A DNA stretch of 64,000 nucleotides from Eledone cirrhosa. Lineage: Eukaryota. Position 1 is the first letter of the stretch. The number at the start of each line of letters is the position of its first letter. Positions 1 through 14,300 of the stretch are shown one piece after another. Below the pieces are notes generated by a model. That model was not told the origin of the DNA and did not search any database. It saw nothing but the letters and a program-made list of their open reading frames with translations. The translations under genes were made by a program, and so were the position numbers. The DNA is taken from assembly GCA_964016885.1 (NCBI GenBank), contig OZ024741.1:36084001-36148000 (forward strand). The letters run 5' to 3'.

Positions 1-3000
1 TACTCTTCATCCTATGAACTTTTAAGCCTTTGGACACTTCAGCCTATGGATTCTTCACTCTAAGAAATCTTTAGACTATGGACTCTTCACCCTAAGAACA
101 GTTCGCCCTTAGAACTCTTCAGCATATGAACTCTTCACCCCTAGAACTCTTCAGGCTATTATCACTTCAACCTAAGAATTCTTCAGCCTATGAAGTCTTC
201 ACCCTAAGAACTCTTCAGACTATGGAATCTTCAGCCTATGGACTCTTCAGCCTAGAGACACTTCAGCCTATGGACACTTCAGCCTATGAACTCTTCACAC
301 TAAGAACTCTTCAGCCTATGAACTCTGCAGCCTAACAAAACTTCAGCCTATGGACTCGTCAGCCTATGAACTCTTCAGCCTATTGACTCTTCAGCCTATG
401 GACTCTTCACCCTAAGAACTCTTCAGCCTATGGACTTTTCAGCCTATGAACTCTTCACCCTTAGAACTATTCAGGCTATTATCTCTTCACCCTGAGAACT
501 CTTCAGCCTGTGAACTCTTCACCCTAAAAACTCTTCAGCCTATGGACTCTTCACCCTAAGAACTCTTCAGCCTATGGAATTCTTCATACTTAGAACTCTT
601 CAGCCTATGGACTCTTAACCCTAAGAACTCTTCAGCCTGTGAACTCTTCAGCATATGAACTCTTTACCCTGGAGAACTCTTCAGCCTGTGAACTCTTAAC
701 GCTAAGAACTCTTCAGCCTATGAATTCTTCAGCCTATGAACTCTTCAGACTATGAACTCTTCACCCTAAGCACTCTTCAGCCTATGAATTCTTCACCATA
801 AGAATTTTTCAGCCTATAAAATCTTCACCCTAAGAACTATTCAGCCTATGAACTGTTCACTCTTAGAACTCTTCAGCCTAAGAACTGTTCAACGTATGGA
901 CTCTTCAGCCTATGGACTCTTCACCCTAAGAACTCTTCAGCCTATGAATTCTTCAGCCTCTGGACTATTCAGTCTATGGACTTTTCATCCTAAAAACTCT
1001 ACAGCCTATGAAATCTTCAGCCTATGAACTCTTCACACTAAGAACTCTTCAGCCTATGGACTCTTCAGCCTATGAACTCTTCAGCCTATGGACTCTTCAG
1101 CCTATGAAATAATCACACTTAGAACTCTTCAGCCTATGAGCTCTTCGCCTTAAGAACTCTTCTGCCTATGTACTCTTCACCCTAAGAATCCTTCAGTCTA
1201 TGAACTGTTCACTCTTAGAACTCGTCAGCCTAAGAACTGTTCAGCCTATGGACTCTTCAGCCTATGAACTCTTCACGCTTAGAACTCTTCATCCTAAGCA
1301 CTCTTCAGCCTATGGATTCTTCAGCCTATGAACTCTGCAGCCTATGAAATCTTCAACCTATGGACTTTTCACCCTAAGAACTCATTAGCCTATGGACATT
1401 TCAGACTATGAACCTTTCAGCCTATTGGACTCTTCAGCCTAACAACTCTTCAGCCTATCAACTCTTCACCCTAAGAACTCTTCAGCCTATGAACTTGTTA
1501 CTCTATGAACTCTTCAGACTATGAACTCTTCAGCCTATGAACTCTTCAGCCTATGGACTATTCAGCCTATGAAATCTTAAACCAATGGACTCTTCAACCT
1601 ATGAACTCTTAAACCTATGAACTCTTCAGTCTATGAACTTTTTAGCCTATAGACTCTTCAGCCTATAAAATCTTGAGCCTATGGAGTCTTCACCCTAAGA
1701 ACTATTCAGCGTATGAACTCTTCAGCCTATGAACTCTTCAGTCGATAAAATATGCACGCTAAGAACTCTTCAGACTATGAACTCTTCACGATAAGAACTC
1801 TTCAGCCTATAAACTGTTCACCCTAAGAACTCTTCAGCCTATGAATTCTTTAGCCTATGGACTATTCAGTCTATGGACTTTTCATCCTAAAAACTCTACA
1901 GCCTATGAAATCTTCAGCCTATGAACTCTTCACCCTAAGAACTGTTCAGCCTATGGACTCTTCAGCCTATGAATTCTTCAGTCTATGGTCTATTCGGCCT
2001 ATGGACTTTTCATCCTAAAATCTCTACAGCCTATGAAATCTTCATCCTATTGACACTTCAGCCTATGAACTCTTCACACTAAGAACTCTTCAGCCTATGG
2101 ACTCTTCAGCCTGTGAAATCTTCAGCCTATGGACTCTTCAGCATATGGACTCTTCAGCCTATGGGCTCTTCACCCTAAGAACTCTTCATCCTATGGACTC
2201 TTCACCCTAAGAACTCTTCATCCTATGAACTCTTCACCCTAAATACCCTTCAGCCTATGGATTCTTCAGCCTATGGACTCTTCAACCTAAGAACTCTTCA
2301 GCCTATGAACTCTTCAACCTATGGCCTCTTCAGCTTATGGACTCTTCACCCCATGAACTCTTCAGTCTATGAAATCTTCACCCTAAGAAATCTTCAGCCT
2401 ATGAACTCTTCAACCTATGGACTCTTCACACTAAGAACTGATCAACCTATGGACTCTTCAGCCTATGAATTCTTCAGCCTGTGGGCTCTTCACCCTAAGA
2501 ACTCTTCAGCCTATGGACTCTTCAGACTATGAAATCTTCACACTTAGAACTCTTCAGCCTATGGACTCTTCACCCTAAGAACTCTTCAGGCTATGAACTG
2601 TTCACTCTTAGAACACTTCAGCGTAAGAACTGTTCAACCTATGGACTCTTCAGCCTATGAACTCTTCAGGCTTAGAACACTTCAGCCTATGAACTCTTCA
2701 CCCTAAGAACTCTTCAGCCTATGGACTTTCAGCCTATGTACTCTTCAACCTATGGACTCTTCAGCATATGGACTCTTCGCCCTAAGAACTCTTCAGCCTA
2801 TGTACTCTTCATCCTATGAACTTTTAAGCCTTTGGACACTTCAGCCTATGGATTCTTCACTCTAAGAAATCTTTAGACTATGGACTCTTCACCCTAAGAA
2901 CAGTTCGCCCTTAGAACTCTTCAGCATATGAACTCTTCACCCCTAGAACTCTTCAGGCTATTATCACTTCAACCTAAGAATTCTTCAGCCTATGAAGTCT

Positions 3001-6000
3001 TCACCCTAAGAACTCTTCAGACTATGGAATCTTCAGCCTATGGACTCTTCAGCCTAGAGACACTTCAGCCTATGGACACTTCAGCCTATGAACTCTTCAC
3101 ACTAAGAACTCTTCAGCCTATGAACTCTGCAGCCTAACAAAACTTCAGCCTATGGACTCGTCAGCCTATGAACTCTTCAGCCTATTGACTCTTCAGCCTA
3201 TGGACTCTTCACCCTAAGAACTCTTCAGCCTATGGACTTTTCAGCCTATGAACTCTTCACCCTTAGAACTATTCAGGCTATTATCTCTTCACCCTGAGAA
3301 CTCTTCAGCCTGTGAACTCTTCACCCTAAAAACTCTTCAGCCTATGGACTCTTCACCCTAAGAACTCTTCAGCCTATGGAATTCTTCATACTTAGAACTC
3401 TTCAGCCTATGGACTCTTAACCCTAAGAACTCTTCAGCCTGTGAACTCTTCAGCATATGAACTCTTTACCCTGGAGAACTCTTCAGCCTGTGAACTCTTA
3501 ACGCTAAGAACTCTTCAGCCTATGAATTCTTCAGCCTATGAACTCTTCAGACTATGAACTCTTCACCCTAAGCACTCTTCAGCCTATGAATTCTTCACCA
3601 TAAGAATTTTTCAGCCTATAAAATCTTCACCCTAAGAACTATTCAGCCTATGAACTGTTCACTCTTAGAACTCTTCAGCCTAAGAACTGTTCAACGTATG
3701 GACTCTTCAGCCTATGGACTCTTCACCCTAAGAACTCTTCAGCCTATGAATTCTTCAGCCTCTGGACTATTCAGTCTATGGACTTTTCATCCTAAAAACT
3801 CTACAGCCTATGAAATCTTCAGCCTATGAACTCTTCACACTAAGAACTCTTCAGCCTATGGACTCTTCAGCCTATGAACTCTTCAGCCTATGGACTCTTC
3901 AGCCTATGAAATAATCACACTTAGAACTCTTCAGCCTATGAGCTCTTCGCCTTAAGAACTCTTCTGCCTATGTACTCTTCACCCTAAGAATCCTTCAGTC
4001 TATGAACTGTTCACTCTTAGAACTCGTCAGCCTAAGAACTGTTCAGCCTATGGACTCTTCAGCCTATGAACTCTTCACGCTTAGAACTCTTCATCCTAAG
4101 CACTCTTCAGCCTATGGATTCTTCAGCCTATGAACTCTGCAGCCTATGAAATCTTCAACCTATGGACTTTTCACCCTAAGAACTCATTAGCCTATGGACA
4201 TTTCAGACTATGAACCTTTCAGCCTATTGGACTCTTCAGCCTAACAACTCTTCAGCCTATCAACTCTTCACCCTAAGAACTCTTCAGCCTATGAACTTGT
4301 TACTCTATGAACTCTTCAGACTATGAACTCTTCAGCCTATGAACTCTTCAGCCTATGGACTATTCAGCCTATGAAATCTTAAACCAATGGACTCTTCAAC
4401 CTATGAACTCTTAAACCTATGAACTCTTCAGTCTATGAACTTTTTAGCCTATAGACTCTTCAGCCTATAAAATCTTGAGCCTATGGAGTCTTCACCCTAA
4501 GAACTATTCAGCGTATGAACTCTTCAGCCTATGAACTCTTCAGTCGATAAAATATGCACGCTAAGAACTCTTCAGACTATGAACTCTTCACGATAAGAAC
4601 TCTTCAGCCTATAAACTGTTCACCCTAAGAACTCTTCAGCCTATGAATTCTTTAGCCTATGGACTATTCAGTCTATGGACTTTTCATCCTAAAAACTCTA
4701 CAGCCTATGAAATCTTCAGCCTATGAACTCTTCACCCTAAGAACTGTTCAGCCTATGGACTCTTCAGCCTATGAATTCTTCAGTCTATGGTCTATTCGGC
4801 CTATGGACTTTTCATCCTAAAATCTCTACAGCCTATGAAATCTTCATCCTATTGACACTTCAGCCTATGAACTCTTCACACTAAGAACTCTTCAGCCTAT
4901 GGACTCTTCAGCCTGTGAAATCTTCAGCCTATGGACTCTTCAGCATATGGACTCTTCAGCCTATGGGCTCTTCACCCTAAGAACTCTTCATCCTATGGAC
5001 TCTTCACCCTAAGAACTCTTCATCCTATGAACTCTTCACCCTAAATACCCTTCAGCCTATGGATTCTTCAGCCTATGGACTCTTCAACCTAAGAACTCTT
5101 CAGCCTATGAACTCTTCAACCTATGGCCTCTTCAGCTTATGGACTCTTCACCCCATGAACTCTTCAGTCTATGAAATCTTCACCCTAAGAAATCTTCAGC
5201 CTATGAACTCTTCAACCTATGGACTCTTCACACTAAGAACTGATCAACCTATGGACTCTTCAGCCTATGAATTCTTCAGCCTGTGGGCTCTTCACCCTAA
5301 GAACTCTTCAGCCTATGGACTCTTCAGACTATGAAATCTTCACACTTAGAACTCTTCAGCCTATGGACTCTTCACCCTAAGAACTCTTCAGGCTATGAAC
5401 TGTTCACTCTTAGAACACTTCAGCGTAAGAACTGTTCAACCTATGGACTCTTCAGCCTATGAACTCTTCAGGCTTAGAACACTTCAGCCTATGAACTCTT
5501 CACCCTAAGAACTCTTCAGCCTATGGACTTTCAGCCTATGTACTCTTCAACCTATGGACTCTTCAGCATATGGACTCTTCGCCCTAAGAACTCTTCAGCC
5601 TATGTACTCTTCATCCTATGAACTTTTAAGCCTTTGGACACTTCAGCCTATGGATTCTTCACTCTAAGAAATCTTTAGACTATGGACTCTTCACCCTAAG
5701 AACAGTTCGCCCTTAGAACTCTTCAGCATATGAACTCTTCACCCCTAGAACTCTTCAGGCTATTATCACTTCAACCTAAGAATTCTTCAGCCTATGAAGT
5801 CTTCACCCTAAGAACTCTTCAGACTATGGAATCTTCAGCCTATGGACTCTTCAGCCTAGAGACACTTCAGCCTATGGACACTTCAGCCTATGAACTCTTC
5901 ACACTAAGAACTCTTCAGCCTATGAACTCTGCAGCCTAACAAAACTTCAGCCTATGGACTCGTCAGCCTATGAACTCTTCAGCCTATTGACTCTTCAGCC

Positions 6001-6920
6001 TATGGACTCTTCACCCTAAGAACTCTTCAGCCTATGGACTTTTCAGCCTATGAACTCTTCACCCTTAGAACTATTCAGGCTATTATCTCTTCACCCTGAG
6101 AACTCTTCAGCCTGTGAACTCTTCACCCTAAAAACTCTTCAGCCTATGGACTCTTCACCCTAAGAACTCTTCAGCCTATGGAATTCTTCATACTTAGAAC
6201 TCTTCAGCCTATGGACTCTTAACCCTAAGAACTCTTCAGCCTGTGAACTCTTCAGCATATGAACTCTTTACCCTGGAGAACTCTTCAGCCTGTGAACTCT
6301 TAACGCTAAGAACGCTTCAGCCTATGAATTCTTCAGCCTATGAACTCTTCAGACTATGAACTCTTCACCCTAAGCACTCTTCAGCCTATGAATTCTTCAC
6401 CATAAGAATTTTTCAGCCTATAAAATCTTCACCCTAAGAACTATTCAGCCTATGAACTGTTCACTCTTAGAACTCTTCAGCCTAAGAACTGTTCAACGTA
6501 TGGACTCTTCAGCCTATGGACTCTTCACCCTAAGAACTCTTCAGCCTATGAATTCTTCAGCCTCTGGACTATTCAGTCTATGGACTTTTCATCCTAAAAA
6601 CTCTACAGCCTATGAAATCTTCAGCCTATGAACTCTTCACACTAAGAACTCTTCAGCCTATGGACTCTTCAGCCTATGAACTCTTCAGCCTATGGACTCT
6701 TCAGCCTATGAAATAATCACACTTAGAACTCTTCAGCCTATGAGCTCTTCGCCTTAAGAACTCTTCTGCCTATGTACTCTTCACCCTAAGAATCCTTCAG
6801 TCTATGAACTGTTCACTCTTAGAACTCGTCAGCCTAAGAACTGTTCAGCCTATGGACTCTTCAGCCTATGAACTCTTCACGCTTAGAACTCTTCATCCTA
6901 AGCACTCTTCAGCCTATGGA
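1..6920 (+). repeat. Higher-order repeat, 2,802-bp unit (~175 monomers), ~2.5 near-identical tandem copies starting at 1, 2803 and 5605
   Basis: Identical ORFs at 126/2928/5730 and 2257/5059. The word tactcttcatcctatgaacttttaagcctttggacac occurs at 1, 2803 and 5605. The match ends near 6920. Confidence 0.95.
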
Positions 6921-9029
6921 ATTTCAGCCTATGTACTCTTCGCCCTAAGAACTCTTCAGCCTATGGACTCTTCAGCCTATGAACATTCAGCCTATGGACT
7001 CTTCACACTAGGAACTCTTCAGCCTATCAACTCTTCACTCTATGAACTCTTCACTCTAAGAACTCTTCAGCCTATGGACTCTTCACCCTAAGAAATATTC
7101 AGCCTATGAACTGTTCACACTAAGAATTCTTCAGCCTAAGAACTGTTCAGCCTATTGACTCTTCAGCCTATGAACTCTTCACCATAAGAACTCTTCAGCC
7201 TATGGACTCTTCAGCCTAGATACTCTTCAGCCTATGGACACTTCAGCCTATGAACTCTTTACATTAAGAACTCTTCATCCTATGAATTCTTCACCCTAAC
7301 AACTCTTCAGCCTATGGACTCGTCAGCCTATGAACTCTTCAGCCTATTGACTATTCAGCCTATGGACTCTTCACCCTAAGAACTCTTCAGCCTATGGATT
7401 TTTCAGCCTATGAACTCTTCACCCTTAGAACTCTTCAGGCTATTATCTCTTCACCATGAGAACTCTTCAGCCTATGAACTCTTCACCCTAAGAACTCTTC
7501 AGCCTATGGAGTCTTCAGGCTATGGAATCTTCAGCACATGAATTCTTTACCCTAAGAACACTTCAGCCTGTAAACTCTTCACGCTAAGAACTCTTCAGCC
7601 TATAGGCTCTTCACCCTAAGAATCCTTCAGCCTATGGACTCTTCAGTCATTGAACTCTTCACCCTAAGCACTCTTCAGCCTATGAACTTTTCAACCTATG
7701 GAATCTTCAGCCTATGGACTCTTCACACTAAGAACTCTTCAGCCTAAGGACCCTTCAGCCTATGAACTCTTCAGCCTATGGACTCTTCAGCCTATGAAAT
7801 CTTCACACTTAGAACTCTTCAGCCTATGAACTCTTCGCCTTAAGAACTCTTCAGCCTATGTACTCTTCACCCTAAGAACTCTTCAGTCTATGAACTGTTC
7901 ACTCTTAGAACTCTTCAGCCTAAGAACTGTTCAGCCTATGGACTCTTCAGCCTATGAACTCTTCACGCTTAGAACTCTTCATCCTAAGAACTCTTCAGCC
8001 TATGGATTTTCAGCCTATGTACTCTTCGCCCTAAGAACTCTTCAGCCTATTGACTCTTCAGCCTATGAACTCTTCACCATAAGAACTCTTCAGCCTATGG
8101 ACTCTTGAGCCTATGGACTCTTCAGCCTATGAACTCTTTACATTAAGAACTCTTCAGCCTATGAACTCTTCACCCTAACAACTCTTCAGCCTATGGACTC
8201 GTCAGCCTATGAACTCTTCAGCCTATTGACTCTTCACCCTATGGACTCTTCACCCTAAGAACTCTTCAGCCTATGGATTTTTCAGCCTATGAACTCTTCA
8301 CCCTTAGAACTCTTCAGGCTATTATCTCTTCACCCTGAGAACTCTTCAGCCTATGATCTCTTCACCCTAAGAACTCTTCAGCCTATGGACTCTTCAGGCT
8401 ATGGAATCTTCAGCACATGAATTCTTTACCCTAAGAAAACTTCAGCCTGTAAATCCTTCACGCTAAGAACTATTCAGCCTATAGGCTCTTCACCCTAAGA
8501 ATCCTTCAGCCTATGGACTCTTCAGCCATGAACTCTTCACCCTAAGAACTCTGCAGCCTATGAACTTTTCAACCTATGGAATCTTCAGCCTATGGACTTT
8601 TCACCCTAAGAACACTTCAGCCTGTGGACTCTTCAACCTATGAACTCTTCAGCCTATGGACTCTTCAGCCTAAGGATTCTTCAGCCTATGAACTCTTTAC
8701 CCTAAGAACTCTTCAGCCTGTGAACTCTTCACACTAAGAACTCTTCAGCCTATGGACTCTTCAGCCTATGAACTCTTCACACTAAGAACTCTTCAGCCTA
8801 TGATCTCTTCAACCTATGGAATCTTCAGCCTATGGACTTTTCACCCTAAGAACACTTCTGCCTATGGATTCATGAACCTATGAACGCTTCAGTCTATGAA
8901 CTCTTCAGACTATGGACTCTTCAGCCTATGAATTATTCACCCTAAGAACTCTTCAGCCTATGAACTCTTTAACCTATGGACTCTTCAACCTATGGACTCT
9001 TCACCCTAAGAACTCTTCAGCCTATGGAC

Positions 9030-11040
9030 TCTTCAGCCTATGAACTCTGCAGCCTATGAAATCTTCAACCTATGGACTTTTCACCCTAAGAACTCATTAG
9101 CCTATGGACATTTCAGCCTATGAACCTTTCAGCCTATTGGACTCTTCAGCCTAACAACTCTTCAGCCTATCAACTCTTCACCCTAAGAACTCTTCAGCCT
9201 ATGAACTTGTTATACTAAGAACTCTTCAGACTATGAACTCTTCAGCCTATGAACTCTTCAGCCTATGGACTTTTCATCCTAAAATCTCTACAGCCTATGA
9301 AATCTTCATCCTATTGACACTTCAGCCTATGAACTCTTCACACTAAGAACTCTTCAGCCTATGGACTCTTCACCCTAAGAACTCTTCAGCCTATGGACTC
9401 TTCAGCCTGTCAAATCTTCAGCCTATGGACTCTTCAGCATATGGACTCTTCAGCCTATGGGCTCTTCACCCTAAGAACTCTTCATCCTATGGACTCTTCA
9501 CCCTAAGAACTCTTCATCCTATGAACTCTTCACCCTAAATACCCTTCAGCTTATGGATTCTTCAGCCTATGGACTCTTCAACCTAAGAACTCTTCAGCCT
9601 ATGAACTCTTCAACCTATGGCCTCTTCAGCTTATGGACTCTTCACCCTATGAACTCTTCAGTCTATGAAATCTTCACCCTAAGAAATCTTCAGCCTATGA
9701 ACTCTTCAACCTATGGACACTTCACACTAAGAACTGATCAACCTATGGACTCTTCAGCCTATGAATTCTTCAGCCTGTAGGCTCTTCACCCTAAGAACTC
9801 TTCAGCCTATGGACTCTTCAGACTATGAAATCTTCACACTTAGAACTCTTCAGCCTATGGACTCTTCACCCTAAGAACTCTTCAGGCTATGAACTGTTAA
9901 CTCTTAGAACACTTCAGCGTAAGAACTGTTCAACCTATGGACTCTTCAGCCTATGAACTCTCCACGCTTAGAACACTTCAGCCTATGAACTCTTCACCCT
10001 AAGAACTCTTCAGCCTATGGACTTTCAGCCTATGTACTCTTCAACCTATGGACTCTTCAGCATATGGACTCTTCGCCCTAAGAACTCTTCAGCCTATGTA
10101 CTCTTCAGCCTATGAACTTTTAAGCCTATGGACACTTCAGCCTATGGATTCTTCACTCTAAGAAATCTTTAGACTATGGACTCTTCACCCTAAGAACAGT
10201 TCACCCTTAGAACGATTCAGCATATGAACTCTTCACCCCTAGAACTCTTCAGGCTATTATCACTTCAACCTAAGAATTCTTCAGCCTATGAAGTCTTCAC
10301 CCTAAGAACTCTTCAGACTATGGAATCTTCAGCCTATGGACTCTTCAGCCTAGAGACACTTCAGCCTATGGACACTTCAGCCTATGAACTCTTCACACTA
10401 AGAACTCTTCAGCCTATGAACTCTGCAGCCTAACAAAACTTCAGCCTATGGACTCGTCAGCCTATGAACTCTTCAGCCTATTGACTCTACAGCCTATGGA
10501 CTCTTCACCCTAAGAACTCTTCAGCCTATGGACTTTTCAGCCTATGAACTCTTCACCCTTAGAACTATTCAGGCTATTATCTCTTCACCCTGAGAACTCT
10601 TCAGCCTGTGAACTCTTCACCCTAAAAACTCTTCAGCCTATGGAATTCTTCATACTTAGAACTCTTCAGCCTATGAACTCTTAACCCTAAGAACTCTTCA
10701 GCCTGTGAACTCTTCACCCTAAGAACTCTTCAGCCTATGAACTCTTCAGCATATGAACTCTTTACCCTGGAGAACTCTTCAGCCTGTGAACTCTTCACGC
10801 TAAGAACTCTTCAGCCTATGAATTCTTCAGCCTATGAACTCTTCAGTCTATGAACTCTTCACCCTAAGCACTCTTCAGCCTATGAACTCTTCACCATAAG
10901 AATTTTTCAGCCTATGAAATCTTCACCCTAAGAACTATTCAGCCTATGAACTGTTCACTCTTAGAACTCTTCAGCCTAAGAACTGTTCAACGTATGGACT
11001 CTTCAGCCTATGGACTCTTCACCCTAAGAACTCTTCAGCC
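9030..11040 (+). repeat. Diverged, internally deleted relative of the 2,802-bp unit (offset 4,494 bp from the copy 2/3 junction region)
   Basis: ORFs 9553 vs 5059 and 10224 vs 5730 are both offset by 4,494. Shared markers include aactcattag, ctaaataccc, actgatcaacc and ccctggagaac. Confidence 0.88.
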
Positions 11041-11324
11041 TATGGACTCTTCAGCCTGTGAACACTTTACCTTAAGAACTCTTCAGCCTGTGAACTCTTC
11101 ACCCTAAAGAACGCTTCAGCCTATGGGCTCTTCACCCTAAGAACTCTTCAGCCTGTGGACTTTCAGCCTATGAACTCTTCAACCTATGGACTCTTCACCC
11201 TAAGAACTCTTCAGCCTATGGACTCTTCAGGCTATTAGCTCTTCACCCTAAGAACTCTTCAGCCTATGAACTCTTCACATTAAGAACTCTTCAGCCACTG
11301 GACTCTTCACCCTAAGAACTCTTC

Positions 11325-14300
11325 AGTCTATGAACTGTTCACACTTAGAACTCTTCAGCCGAAGAACTGTTCAGCCTATGAACTCTTCACGCTTAGAACT
11401 CTTCAGCCTATGATCTCTTCACCCTGAGAACTCTTTAGCCTATGGACTTTTCAGCCTATGGACTCTTCACACTAAGAACTCTTCAGACTATGGACTTTTC
11501 TGCCTATGGACTCTTCAACCTATGGATTCTTCAGCCTATGAACTCTTCAGCCTATGGACTATTCAGCCTATGGACTTTTCATCCTAAAAACTCTAAAGCC
11601 TATGGAATTTTCAGCCTATTGACACTTCAGCCTCTGAACTCTTCAGCCTATGAATTCTTCACTCTAAGAACTCTTCAGCCTATGGACTCTCCAGCCTATG
11701 GACTCTTCAGCCTATGAACTCTTCAGCCTATGGACTCTTCAGCCTATGGACTCTTCAGCCTATGAACTCTTCACGTTAAGAACTCTTCAGCCTATGGACT
11801 CTTCACCCTAAGAACTCTTCAGTCTATGAACTGTTCACTCTTAGAACTCTTCAGCCTAAGAACTGTTCAGCCTATGGACTCTTCAGCATATGAACTCTTC
11901 ACGATAAGAACTCTTCAGCCTATGAACTCTTCACCCTAAGAACTCTTCAGCCTATAGACTTTTAGCCTATGTACTCTTCAACCTATGGACTCTTCACCAT
12001 ATGGACTCTTCGCCCTAAGAACACTTCAACCTATGGACTCTTCAGCCTATGAACTCTTCAGCCTACGGACTCTTCACACTAGGAACTCTTCAGCCTATCA
12101 ACTCTTCAGTCTACGAACTCTTCACTCTAAGAAATCTTCAGCCTATGGACTCTTCACCCTAAGATCTATTCATCCTATGAACTGTTCACACTAACAGTTC
12201 TTCAGCCTAAGAACTGTTCAGACTATGGAATCTTCAGCCTATGAACTCTTCACGCTTAGAACTCTTCAGCCTATGAACTCTTCACCCTAAGAACTCTTCA
12301 GCCTATGGACTCGGAAGCCTATGAACTCTTCACCCTAACAACTCTTCAGCCAATTGACTCTTCAGCCTATGGTCTCTTCACCCTAAGAACTCTTCAGCCT
12401 ATGGACTTTTCAGCCTATGAACTCTTCACCCTTAGAACTCTTCCGTCTAAGAACTCTTCAGCCTATGGACTCTTCAGCCTATAGACTCTTCAGCCTATGG
12501 ATATTTCAGCCTATGAACTCTTTACACTAAGAACTCTTCAGCCTAGGGACTCTTCATCCTAAGAACTCTTCCGCCTAAGAACTCTTCAGCCTATGGACTC
12601 TTCAGCCTATGAATTCTTCACACTTAGAACTCTTCAGCCTATGAACTCTTCACCCTAAGAACTCTTCAGCCTATGGACACTTCAGCCTATGAACTCTTCA
12701 CCCTTTGGATACTTCAGCCTATGGATCCTTCACTCTAAGAACTCTTCAGCCTATGGTCTCTTCAGCCTATGGTCTCTTCAGCCTGTGAACTCTTCAGCCT
12801 ATGGACTCTTCAACCTATGGACTCTTCACCCTAAGAACTCTTCAGCCTATGGACTCTTCAGCCTGTGAACTCTTCAGCGTATGGACTCTTCAGCCTATGG
12901 AAACTTCAGCCTATCAACACTTTACCTTAAGAACTCTTCAGCCTGTAAACTCTTCACCCTAAGAACTCTTCAGCCTATGGGCTCTTCACCCTAAGAACTC
13001 TTCAGCCTGTGGACTTTCAGCCTATGGACTCTTCAACCTATGGACTCTTCAGGCTATTAGCTCTTCACCCTAAGAACTCTTCAGCCTATGAATTCTTCAC
13101 CCTAACAACTCTTCAGACTATGAACTCTTCACCTTAAGAACTCTTCAGCCTCTGGACTCTTCAGTCTATGAACTGTTCACTCTTAGAACTCTTCAGCCTA
13201 AGAACTGTTCAGCCTATGGACTCTACAGCCTATGAACTCTTCTCACTTAGAACTCTTCAGCCTATGAACTCTTCACCCTAAGAAATCTTCAACCTTTGGA
13301 CTCTTCAGCCTATGAACTCTTCAGACTATGGACTCTTCAGCCTATGGACTCTTCATACTAAGAACTCTTCAGCCTATGGACTTTTCAGCCCATGGACTCT
13401 TCAGCTTGTTAACTCTTCAGCCTATGGACTCCTCAACCTATGGACTCTTCAGCCTATGAACTCTTCAGCCTATGGACTATTCAGCCTATGGACTTTTCAT
13501 CCTAAAATCTCTACAGCCTATGGAATCTTCAGCCTATTGACTCTTCAGCCTATGGACTCTTCAGCCTATGAACTCTTCAGCCTAAGGTCTCTTCAGCCTA
13601 TGAACTCTTCACCTTAAGAACTCTTCAGCCTATAGACTCTTCACACTAAGAACTCTTCAGTCTATGAACTGTTCACTCTTAGAACTCTTCAGCCTAAAAA
13701 CTGTTCAGCCTATGGACACTTCAGCCTATGAACTCATCACGCTTAGAACTCTTCAGCCTATGAACCCTTCACCCTAAGAACGCTTCAGCCTATGGACTTT
13801 TAGCCTATGTACTCTTCAGCCTATGAACTCTTCACTCTAAGAACTCTTCAGCCTATGAACTCTTCACTCTAAGAACTCTTCAGCCTATGGACTCTTCACC
13901 CTAAGAACTATTCAGCCTATGAAATGTTCACACTAAGAGTTCTTCAGTCTAAGAACTGTTCAGCCTATGGACTCTTCAGCCTATGAACTCTTCACCCTTA
14001 GAACTCTTCAGCCTATGAAATATTCACCATAAGTACTCTTCAGCATATGGACACTTCAGCCTATGAACTCTTCACCCATAGACCTCTTCAGGCTATTATC
14101 ACTTCAACCTAAGAACTCTTCAGCCTATGGACTCTGAAGCCTATGAACTCTTCACCCTAACAACTCTTCAGCCATTTGACTCTTCAGCCTATGGTCTCTT
14201 CACCCTAAGAACTCTTCAGCCTATGGACTTTTCAGCCTATGAACTCTTCACCCTTAGAACTCTTCCGTCTAAGAACTCTTCAGCCTATGGACTCTTCAGC

